Shown: positions 49,530 through 59,512 of the stretch, one piece after another
Layout of the letters: each line of letters opens with the position of its first letter
Numbering within the stretch: the stretch's first letter is position 1
Assembly (NCBI GenBank): GCA_029937975.1
Contig: JAPYOW010000003.1
Location: 1 to 59,512, forward strand
Length of the DNA stretch: 59,512 bases
DNA from: Methylococcaceae bacterium
GTDB lineage: Bacteria; Pseudomonadota; Gammaproteobacteria; Methylococcales; Methylomonadaceae
Direction: 5' to 3'
Position numbers and translations under genes: made by a program
Notes under the pieces: model-generated
Seen by the model: the letters and a program-made list of their open reading frames with translations, nothing else
The model's database searches: none
Told to the model about the DNA's origin: nothing

Positions 49530-50694
49530 TCATTTTCTCTGCAATCAGGGCGATAAGTTGTACGGCTAATTGTTTTTTATCGGTCATTTTTAAGGTTTTT
49601 TGGCCGGCATCCCAAAACACTTCCAAGGCATTTTCATCACTATCAAATCCGCCTTGTGTTCTCCCCACCCAATTGGCAGCAATCATATCCAGATTCTTTT
49701 GCTTCAGCTTGTTTTTAGCATAGTGCTCAAGATTCTCGGTTTCAGCAGCAAACCCCACAATAAAGTCTGGACGATCAGCGCCAAGAGCGACTTCAGCCAA
49801 GATATCTTTGGTTTTTTGTAGTTCAATCCGATGCTTATCCTGCTGTTTTTTAATTTTTTCTTTACTCGCTGTGATGGGGCTATAGTCAGCAACAGCGGCA
49901 GCAGCGATAAAAACATGCTGTTCAGGTATTCTGGAAATAACAGCCTGATACATTTGCTCAGCCGTTTCCACCGCAACCAGGTTCAGCTTATCCGGTGCCG
50001 TTATGGTAACGGGGCCACTGACTAAAGTCACATTCGCACCCGCATATAAGGCCGCTTCCGCTAAGGCATAGCCCATTTTCCCCGAACTACGATTGCTAAT
50101 GTATCGCACCGGGTCTAACGCTTCTCTTGTCGGCCCTGCCGTAATCAAGATATTGATGTTTTTAAAAAATTTGGGCGTGACTTGCCGGGTTAACACTGCA
50201 AGTATTTTTGCAGGTTCTGACATTCGCCCCCCGCCCGTTTCACCACAGGCCTGCTCTCCTTCTTCAGGGCCAATAATATGAACCCCTTGGGTTTCAAGCC
50301 GCTGAATATGCTCTTGGGTAATGGCTTTATTCCACATAGCCTGATTCATGGCAGGAGCGATATAAACAGGGCAGGTCGCCGCCAGGTATAGGGTTGAAAG
50401 TAAATCATCCGCCAGGCCTAGACTGAATTTAGCCATGCTATTGGCGGTCGCCGGCGCAATAATAATTTTATCCGCCCAGCGTGCCAGGTTGATATGGCCC
50501 ATCGCATTTTCTTCTTCGGTATCCAGTAAGTTGGTGCTAACCGGGTTTGCAGACAAGGCCTGAAAAGTCAGGGGGGATATAAATTGCATGGCCGCCTGAG
50601 TCATGACCACCCGGACCTCAATATCTTGTTTGCGTAATAAACGGACTAATTCAGCTGATTTATAGGCTGCAATTCCACCACAAATGCCGAGCAA
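49510..50694 (-). CDS. coaBC: bifunctional phosphopantothenoylcysteine decarboxylase / phosphopantothenate--cysteine ligase
   Basis: Flavoprotein N-domain ([10 protein letters not shown]) plus the CoaB C-domain. Only non-ATG starts are available after the upstream in-frame TAA: TTG at 50694, or a rare CTG at 50721. Confidence 0.92.
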   Translation of the reverse strand: MLGICGGIAAYKSAELVRLLRKQDIEVRVVMTQAAMQFISPLTFQALSANPVSTNLLDTEEENAMGHINLARWADKIIIAPATANSMAKFSLGLADDLLSTLYLAATCPVYIAPAMNQAMWNKAITQEHIQRLETQGVHIIGPEEGEQACGETGGGRMSEPAKILAVLTRQVTPKFFKNINILITAGPTREALDPVRYISNRSSGKMGYALAEAALYAGANVTLVSGPVTITAPDKLNLVAVETAEQMYQAVISRIPEQHVFIAAAAVADYSPITASKEKIKKQQDKHRIELQKTKDILAEVALGADRPDFIVGFAAETENLEHYAKNKLKQKNLDMIAANWVGRTQGGFDSDENALEVFWDAGQKTLKMTDKKQLAVQLIALIAEKMNEKNTT

Positions 50695-50801
50695 TATTTT
50701 TTTCTTGATAAGCTTGTCCAGTTATTATAAATAACCGTCAATTATGGCAAATTTATGCGATATATTCTATGCTTAAATTTTCTAACGGATGGAATTGAAT
50801 C

Positions 50802-51476
50802 ATGTCGATAAAGGATTGGCCTGCCGCAGAACGTCCCCGCGAAAAACTACTGCTTAAAGGAGCCGAAGCATTGACTGATGCTGAATTACTGGCGATTTTC
50901 CTACGCACCGGAATAGCCGGAAAAACCGCGGTGGATTTAGCCCGGGAATTGTTAGCTGAATTTGGTTCATTACAGGCATTATTGCAAGCAGATCAAACCC
51001 GCTTTTGTCGGGGAAAAGGTTTAGGACGTGCCAAATACACTCAACTGCAGGCTGTACTGGAAATGGCCAAACGTCATTTTATCGAAATACTGCAAAGAGG
51101 CGATGCCTTATCCAGCTCTCAAACCACCCGGGCCTACTTGAGTGCACAATTACGTGGCTATAGTTATGAGGTCTTTGCCTGTTTATTTCTGGACAATCAA
51201 CACCGCGTGATTGTGCTGGAGGAATTGTTTAGGGGCACCATTGATGGCGCCAGTGTTTACCCCAGAGAAGTGGTCAAAAGAGCCTTATTTCATAATGCCG
51301 CCGCCATCATATTTGCGCACAACCATCCTTCCGGGGTTAATACGCCAAGTCAGGCTGATAAACATATCACGAATAAACTACAGCAAGCCTTAATGTTATT
51401 TGATATCAGGGTGCTGGATCATTTTATTATTGGTGACGGTCAGCCCTATTCTTTTTCTGAACATGGAATATTGTAG
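50802..51476 (+). CDS. radC: RadC family (JAB/MPN domain) protein
   Basis: N-terminal HhH-like region ([10 protein letters not shown]) and the C-terminal JAMM motif FAHNHPSG. Divergent from coaBC, as in E. coli. Confidence 0.9.
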   Translation: MSIKDWPAAERPREKLLLKGAEALTDAELLAIFLRTGIAGKTAVDLARELLAEFGSLQALLQADQTRFCRGKGLGRAKYTQLQAVLEMAKRHFIEILQRGDALSSSQTTRAYLSAQLRGYSYEVFACLFLDNQHRVIVLEELFRGTIDGASVYPREVVKRALFHNAAAIIFAHNHPSGVNTPSQADKHITNKLQQALMLFDIRVLDHFIIGDGQPYSFSEHGIL

Positions 51477-51720
51477 CAGCGCTTATCTGCTGTAGCGCTG
51501 GTATCACCGATGAATAACAGCTCAAGCGCAAACAGATTCCGCCATTGTCTGGCAGCCATAAAGGCTGTCAATCAGTCCCTGCTGCGCGGAGATACCCCAT
51601 GCCCCGGCCTATTAAACCGAGTCTCTGACAGCAGGCTAATGCTTTACCCCCATACCCTTCATTTCAGTACAATAAGCACACTTAACTTTGTACATTACCC
51701 TATAAAATCTAAACTATTCT

Positions 51721-53229
51721 ATGTCGCTTGCCATAATATATAGCCGGGGGCGCACTGGAATTAATGCTCCCTTAGTCACTATTGAAGTGCATATTAGCAA
51801 TGGGCTGCCAAGTCTATCTATTGTTGGCCTGCCCGAGACCGCGGTTAAAGAAAGTAAAGACCGCGTGCGTGGCGCTATTATAAATTCACATTTTGAATTT
51901 CCGCTGCAACGCATTACCATCAACCTGGCACCCGCCGATTTACCTAAAGAAGGCGGCCGGTTTGATCTGGCTATCGCCCTGGGTATTCTGGCGGCATCAG
52001 GTCAAATACCCAAAGTCAGGCTGGATGAATATGAATGTGTTGGAGAGTTATCGCTGAGTGGCGCCTTGCGACCGATTGCAGGGACATTACCGGTTGCCAT
52101 CCATACCCGCGACGCCCAGAGAACACTGATATTACCTGAAGAAAATGTACGGGAAGCCGCCCTGATTAAACAGGCCGGGTTATTGCCTGCAACTAGCCTG
52201 CTGGAAGTATGCGCACATCTGGGGGGACAAAAATCCTTAACCGCTTTTGTGCCTGAAACCGTTGAAAACCTTAACTGTGCCAATATTGACTTTGCCGATG
52301 TTCACGGCCAGTTTCATGTTAAAAGAGCCTTTGAAATTGCCGCAACCGGCTCTCATAATTTGCTAATGCTGGGTCCTCCTGGTACCGGAAAATCTATGCT
52401 AGCTTCCAGATTGCCAACCATTGTCCCTGAATTAACGGAACAACAGGCACAAGAAACAGCCGCTATTGCTTCTATCAGCGATAAAGGCTTTGATGTGAAA
52501 AATTGGCTGACCCCGCCTTTTCGCGCGCCGCATCATACTGCGTCTGCTGCGGCGCTGGTCGGTGGTGGCAGTCATCCTAAGCCGGGCGAAATTTCTTTAG
52601 CGCATAATGGCACACTGTTTCTGGATGAATTGCCGGAATTTGATCGCAAGGTTTTAGAAGTGCTAAGGGAGCCACTAGAAACCGGACATATCACTATTTC
52701 GCGTGCCACCCGGCAAGCAGACTTCCCGGCAAAATTTCTATTAATTGCAGCCATGAATCCTTGTCCTTGCGGATATATTGGTGATTCATCAGGGCGTTGT
52801 CATTGCACCTCAGAGCAAGTGGCGAAATATAGAGCAAAGATTTCAGGGCCATTGCTGGACAGGATTGATATGCATATTGAGGTGCCTCGTGTGTCGCATG
52901 AAGTGTTAAGAAAGGGTTCGCCAGGCGGAGAGGAAAGCAGCGCAAAAATCAGAGCAAGAGTGGTTGCTGCGCGCAATATTGCCTTGCATCGACAAGGTAA
53001 AGTAAATTCAGCGCTTTCTACCACAGAAGTCAAAACCTACTGTGAATTGTCAACGCAAGGGCACCAATTACTTGAACAGGCGATGGATAAGTTTGCTTTA
53101 TCTCATCGTGCTTATCATCGAATATTAAAGTTGGCCAGAACCATTGCCGACCTGGCAAATTCAGAACATATTCAGATTATCCATTTAAGCGAAGCAATTG
53201 CTTATAGAAAACTAGACAGGAATCAATAG
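51721..53229 (+). CDS. comM: YifB/ComM family Mg-chelatase-like AAA+ ATPase
   Basis: Lon-protease-like N-domain, Walker A GPPGTGKSM, LFLDELPEF, and a Cys cluster CPCGY...CHC. Confidence 0.92.
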   Translation: MSLAIIYSRGRTGINAPLVTIEVHISNGLPSLSIVGLPETAVKESKDRVRGAIINSHFEFPLQRITINLAPADLPKEGGRFDLAIALGILAASGQIPKVRLDEYECVGELSLSGALRPIAGTLPVAIHTRDAQRTLILPEENVREAALIKQAGLLPATSLLEVCAHLGGQKSLTAFVPETVENLNCANIDFADVHGQFHVKRAFEIAATGSHNLLMLGPPGTGKSMLASRLPTIVPELTEQQAQETAAIASISDKGFDVKNWLTPPFRAPHHTASAAALVGGGSHPKPGEISLAHNGTLFLDELPEFDRKVLEVLREPLETGHITISRATRQADFPAKFLLIAAMNPCPCGYIGDSSGRCHCTSEQVAKYRAKISGPLLDRIDMHIEVPRVSHEVLRKGSPGGEESSAKIRARVVAARNIALHRQGKVNSALSTTEVKTYCELSTQGHQLLEQAMDKFALSHRAYHRILKLARTIADLANSEHIQIIHLSEAIAYRKLDRNQ

Positions 53230-53297
53230 CTTCATGCTGGTAGCATGGAAACACTCAGCCTCGCAGCCGTTCAACATGAGAAATTAATTAGGTGTTT

Positions 53298-54935
53298 ATG
53301 AATCCGGATTCACAATTTAGTCGACTTGATATTGCTTTTTCTCATTTCTTGGCAGAAAGATCGGCACTAGAGCCACCTCACAAACAAGCATTTGAACAGC
53401 TATGTGCACGCTTATCCTATCAGCAATCACGGGGTCATAGCTGCCTTTATATTGATACAGTTGAGCAGGAATTGCTACAGGCATCCGGATGGCTCTCGCC
53501 AACACACAACGCCCCTTTAGTCCTGGAAAACAACCGGCTTTATCTACAAAGATATTGGTTTTATGAAAATAGATTAGCCACACAACTATGCTCTTTACGC
53601 ACTCGTTCATATGCTACTGAGGGGCTTGATTCGCTGTTAAGCCGTTATTTTATTGAACTGATTGATGAAACCGACTGGCAAAGAGCCGCGGTAAAAAAAT
53701 CAGTCGCTCAGGCCTTTAGCATGATTACCGGCGGGCCCGGCACAGGAAAAACCACGACTGTAGTTAAAATTCTGGCCATTTTACAGGAGCTCTCGGCTCA
53801 GCCCCTGCATATCGCCTTAGCCGCACCGACAGGTAAAGCCGCTATGCGCTTGCAAGAATCGATCACTGCCAATAAAAGTCGCTTACCCTGTTCTGAAGCT
53901 ATTAAAAATCGCATCCCGGATACCGTAAGCACCTTGCATTACTTACTCGGTGCACAAGCCAATTCTCCTTTTTTCAAACATAATGCCAAGACCCCTCTAG
54001 CCCATGACCTGGTAGTCATCGATGAGGCATCAATGGTAGACCTGGCGTTAATGAGTAAACTGGTTGACGCCTTAAAACCCGGGGCAAGATTGATTTTATT
54101 GGGCGACAAAGATCAATTGTCCGCTGTAGAGTCGGGGGCAATACTGGCAGATTTAACGGCCAGTCTGCCTGCACATACCCATGAATTAAAAAAATCATAT
54201 CGCTTTCAGGGTGAAATTAAAGCGCTGGCGGATGCGGTCAATACACAATCTGTTAATGCGGCCTGGCAACTGCTGGCAAAAGGAGGGCAACATACCGGCT
54301 TGCTGCATACCGATGTAACGCAGGCGATGCTTGCAGGCTATGCTGATTATTTGCAATGCATTGCAAATAATCAGGCGCCTTTGCCAACTATTTTCAGTGC
54401 ATTTAATGATTTTCAGGTACTTTGCTCCAACCGTCAGGGAAAAAGAGGCGTGCTCGAGCTGAATGACAAACTGGAAAAACAGTTGCTTAAACAAAATAAA
54501 ATACAGTTTTCAGGCCAGTGGTATGTCGGCAGACCCGTCATGGTGATGCAAAACCACCCCGGACTGCAGCTTTATAATGGCGATATTGGTATTTGCTTAG
54601 CGGATCCGGAAACAAACAAATGGGCGGTCTTTTTTCTACGTGCGGATGGCCATGTAAAAAAAGTGCTGCCCAGTAGAATGCCGGAACATGAAACCGTGTT
54701 TGCCATGACCATTCATAAAAGCCAAGGATCTGAGTTTACTGAATGTCTCTGTGTTCTGGCCGATAAGATGAACCCTGTTTTAAATAAGAAACTGCTCTAT
54801 ACCGCTATTACCCGGGCAAAAGAAAAGTTAACTCTGGTGTGTGACTACGCTGTTTTTCGACAAACAGTGGAGCAGCAAGAAATACGGGCCAGCGGATTAT
54901 TTGCAAAATTGCAGCCCCCTGAATTCAGCACTTAA
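53298..54935 (+). CDS. recD: exodeoxyribonuclease V alpha subunit RecD
   Basis: Collinear with E. coli RecD by eye: LYLQRYW, ITGGPGTGKTTTV, LAAPTGKAA, STLHYLLG, VIDEASMVDL, LLGDKDQLSAVESGA, KSYRF, WYVGRPVMV, YNGDIG, TIHKSQGSEF, YTAITRA. The ATG at 53298 is preferred over the GTG at 53292. Confidence 0.88.
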   Translation: MNPDSQFSRLDIAFSHFLAERSALEPPHKQAFEQLCARLSYQQSRGHSCLYIDTVEQELLQASGWLSPTHNAPLVLENNRLYLQRYWFYENRLATQLCSLRTRSYATEGLDSLLSRYFIELIDETDWQRAAVKKSVAQAFSMITGGPGTGKTTTVVKILAILQELSAQPLHIALAAPTGKAAMRLQESITANKSRLPCSEAIKNRIPDTVSTLHYLLGAQANSPFFKHNAKTPLAHDLVVIDEASMVDLALMSKLVDALKPGARLILLGDKDQLSAVESGAILADLTASLPAHTHELKKSYRFQGEIKALADAVNTQSVNAAWQLLAKGGQHTGLLHTDVTQAMLAGYADYLQCIANNQAPLPTIFSAFNDFQVLCSNRQGKRGVLELNDKLEKQLLKQNKIQFSGQWYVGRPVMVMQNHPGLQLYNGDIGICLADPETNKWAVFFLRADGHVKKVLPSRMPEHETVFAMTIHKSQGSEFTECLCVLADKMNPVLNKKLLYTAITRAKEKLTLVCDYAVFRQTVEQQEIRASGLFAKLQPPEFST

Positions 54936-55014
54936 TAGATTCAGTGCACTATCCATTAAAACATGAAGTGCCACCAGGCAATGAATTCGCCTTGAGGCAA
55001 GATTATGCAAGCTT

Positions 55015-55037
55015 ATCCGCACAATGCGGATTTTTTT
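55015..55037 (+). terminator. rho-independent terminator after recD
   Basis: ATCCGCA-CAA-TGCGGAT followed by TTTTTT. Confidence 0.7.
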
Positions 55038-55168
55038 AACAGCGATCTTATTGAGTAAACGTCATCAGTGCGTTAGAGAACAGCTTTTATATGTTCTGTC
55101 CGTCTGACAGATACCACAGAGATAAACGGGCATCCAGCGCAAAGGGTCGAAAAAATTGAATGCCTGCT

Positions 55169-55218
55169 ACGCAGTTGGATCCAGACTATCAGCTCTTAAA
55201 GCCTGGATCCAACTGCGT
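55169..55218 (-). terminator. perfect 16-bp inverted repeat just downstream of ispB
   Basis: ACGCAGTTGGATCCAG (55169-55184) and CTGGATCCAACTGCGT (55203-55218) with an 18-nt loop, ending 7 nt from the ispB stop. No clear U-run, so it could instead be a protein-binding palindrome. Confidence 0.45.
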
Positions 55219-55224
55219 CACAAA

Positions 55225-56229
55225 TCAGTGATCGCGTTGTACAGAGAACTGGGCCAAGGTAATTAAAGCCTCTTTAAAATCAGAAGCCGGCAGGATGGAA
55301 AGCGCTTCGATGGCTTTTTGTGCGGCTTCATCTGCACATTTTTCGGTGTATTCAAGCGCGTGGGTCGAGATCACCACATCATAGACCGCAGCAAAGGCAT
55401 CGCGTGAACCTTGTTTTATCGCATCTACGATAAGCTGGCTTTCGCTTTCAGAGCCCTGTGCCATCGCATAGATTAAGGGCAGCGTAGGTTTTCCCTCCGC
55501 TAGATCATCCCCTAGATTCTTGCCTAATTCCTCAGTGGAGGATTTATAATCCAGCGCATCATCAATTAACTGAAAAGCTACACCCAGTTGCTGTCCATAT
55601 AGCGCCAGTGCTTCTTCGGTGGCTTTATCAGCACCCGATATCACCGCCGCCAATCGTGTAGAAGCACTGAATAAAATAGCGGTTTTTCTGGCAATGACTT
55701 CAAGATACTTTTCTTCAGTAGTATCAGGATTGTTACAGTTTAATAACTGTAAGACTTCACCTTCTGCAATTGCCGTGGTGGTGGTAGAAAGAATCTGCAT
55801 AACCCGCATATTATCCGTGCGAACCATCATTTCAAAGGCGCTGGAATAAAGATAGTCTCCCACTAATACGCTGGCCGCATTGCCCCAAACGGCATTGGCA
55901 CTGTCCTTCCCCCTTCTTAAGTCGGATTCATCAACGACATCATCATGCAGTAAGGTCGCCGTATGTATGAACTCAATAACAGCTGCTAGCACTAGATGAT
56001 GGTCCGTACACTTTCCCAGGGCCTTACTGGCCAGCAATAACAGCATGGGTCTGAGTCTCTTGCCGCCACTGCCGATAATATACCGACTCATTTGATTAAT
56101 GAGGATGACATCGGAACTCAATTCATCAATAATCAGCTGATCTACAGCTTTTGCCTCTTCGGCGGTTAACTTCTTGATTTTATCAAAATCAATCGATTCC
56201 GATGCTTTTGTCGTGTGTTGTGTTACCAT
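55225..56229 (-). CDS. ispB: octaprenyl diphosphate synthase
   Basis: Two Asp-rich motifs (LLHDDVVDESD and LIDDALDY). The ATG at 56229 is preferred over the TTG at 56262. Divergent from rplU, as in E. coli. Confidence 0.92.
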   Translation of the reverse strand: MVTQHTTKASESIDFDKIKKLTAEEAKAVDQLIIDELSSDVILINQMSRYIIGSGGKRLRPMLLLLASKALGKCTDHHLVLAAVIEFIHTATLLHDDVVDESDLRRGKDSANAVWGNAASVLVGDYLYSSAFEMMVRTDNMRVMQILSTTTTAIAEGEVLQLLNCNNPDTTEEKYLEVIARKTAILFSASTRLAAVISGADKATEEALALYGQQLGVAFQLIDDALDYKSSTEELGKNLGDDLAEGKPTLPLIYAMAQGSESESQLIVDAIKQGSRDAFAAVYDVVISTHALEYTEKCADEAAQKAIEALSILPASDFKEALITLAQFSVQRDH

Positions 56230-56454
56230 AGTAAAAAATGTAAGTACTTGCCAGTCAATCAACCAGCCATACTATTTAATAACAGTGGCTAGTGTCAATA
56301 GGTTTTTATTACTTAGACCTAATTTAAGTTGAATGGCATACTATTTTTGAGCTGGGTCACGATAATTTTTATTTAGTAGTTGACGAGACCCTTATTTAAA
56401 CATATAATTGTCTGTTCACTTTTAACAGATTTAATGCTTGACGGAGCTACGCTG

Positions 56455-56766
56455 ATGTACGCGGTAATTCAAACAGGTGGTAAACAGTACCGAGTAGAAG
56501 AAGGTACTACACTAAAAATAGAAAAATTAGAACTTGGCACAGGCGATAGCGTAGAGTTCGATAAAGTATTAATGGTTCAGTCTGACTCTGAAACTAAAAT
56601 TGGCCAACCTTACGTTGCGTCAGGAAAAGTTACAGCAGAAGTTGTTTCTCAAGGCAGACACAAGAAAATAAAAATCATTAAATTTAAAAGACGTAAGCAC
56701 CACATGAAACAAATGGGGCATCGTCAATACTTCACAGAAATCCAGATTACTGGCATTTCTGCATAA
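56455..56766 (+). CDS. rplU: 50S ribosomal protein L21
   Basis: [17 protein letters not shown]..., 103 aa, with a GGAG SD. The upstream extension of the ORF is not coding. Confidence 0.97.
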   Translation: MYAVIQTGGKQYRVEEGTTLKIEKLELGTGDSVEFDKVLMVQSDSETKIGQPYVASGKVTAEVVSQGRHKKIKIIKFKRRKHHMKQMGHRQYFTEIQITGISA

Positions 56767-56782
56767 TAACGGGAGTTAAGTA

Positions 56783-57043
56783 ATGGCTCATAAAAAAGCT
56801 GGCGGTAGTACTAGAAACGGACGTGACTCCAATTCCAAACGCCTAGGTGTTAAGCGTTATGGTGGACAAGAAGTTCTCGCGGGTAATATTTTAGTACGCC
56901 AACGTGGCACTAAATTTCATGCCGGTGACAATGTAGGCATAGGAAAAGATCATACTTTATTTGCCAAGGCAGATGGTAAAGTACTTTTTCAAGAAAAAGG
57001 TCCTAAAAATCGTAAGTTTATAAGCATTGTTGCTGCGGCCTAA
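56783..57043 (+). CDS. rpmA: 50S ribosomal protein L27
   Basis: [24 protein letters not shown]... Confidence 0.97.
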   Translation: MAHKKAGGSTRNGRDSNSKRLGVKRYGGQEVLAGNILVRQRGTKFHAGDNVGIGKDHTLFAKADGKVLFQEKGPKNRKFISIVAAA

Positions 57044-57123
57044 GAATTTAATGCAAATAAGGTGAGCCTTTGTTCATCCTATTTCTTAAAGATGCCTTAG
57101 TAGCTACTATGCTAAAAAGACTT

Positions 57124-57159
57124 AAAAAAGCCTCGTCAGTCAATGACGGGGCTTTTTTG
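57124..57159 (+). terminator. rho-independent terminator after rpmA
   Basis: AGCCTCGTCA-GTCAA-TGACGGGGCT followed by TTTTTGTTTG. Confidence 0.8.
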
Positions 57160-57181
57160 TTTGTATCAAATAAAATTTTAG

Positions 57182-59333
<2,152 letters not shown>

Positions 59334-59473
59334 ATTATCCAGGCTAACTGGCGCGAGCTTATCAGTCGCCTGTTTTTCAGACAGAACTATATGGACCGGT
59401 ATACAAGGGGAGCTGGCAACTCACTCTGCCTTACTGAGTACCCAGATGAACCGTTCGCCGCAAAGCGATAGAC

Positions 59474-59500
59474 AAAAAAAATGCGGCTGTTAGGCCGCAT
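59474..59500 (-). terminator. rho-independent terminator oriented for a minus-strand gene beyond the right edge
   Basis: The minus strand reads ATGCGGC-CTAACA-GCCGCAT followed by TTTTTTTT. Confidence 0.65.
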
Positions 59501-59512
59501 TGAAATGTACTT

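Overview
This 59.5-kb window is a chromosomal core segment of a gammaproteobacterium; I cannot assign a genus from sequence alone. About 55 protein genes are mostly housekeeping and densely packed. Several blocks are syntenic with E. coli or Pseudomonas: gpmI-envC-ctpA; rhodanese-secB-gpsA; rnpB-rsmI<->lpoA-yraN-diaA-dolP; radC<->coaBC-dut-(algC)-argB; ispB<->rplU-rpmA-obg-proB. Other calls include metH, sucCD, nadE, pgi, rmuC, hemL, sodC, priA, dsbB, proC-yggT, comM and recD. One RNA gene is clear: a type-A RNase P RNA (rnpB, minus strand, about 22887-23238). I saw no tRNA, rRNA, CRISPR array, integrase or intact IS element. The least ordinary part is an islet between metH and rnpB (about 18.4-22.7 kb). 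It holds orphan small membrane proteins and a 635-aa HTTM (vitamin-K carboxylase-like) membrane domain fused to a DCC/DUF393 CxxC thiol-oxidoreductase domain. Directly downstream are two tandem, nearly identical 40-codon lipoprotein genes that the supplied ORF track misses. The two copies differ only at four synonymous third-codon positions. I flag this as a candidate peptide or lipopeptide maturation locus. Other points worth a second look: an in-frame 84-codon relic of algC wedged between dut and argB; an RCK_C relic upstream of dsbB; a 44-bp tandem duplication that copies the start of a spore-photoproduct-lyase-like radical SAM gene and creates a coupled 15-codon uORF; a double AP2-domain protein; a desaturase with a front-end-type QxxHH box next to HupE; and several unusually long spacers carrying hairpins or mini-ORFs. 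All family assignments come from motifs read by eye; no database search was possible.
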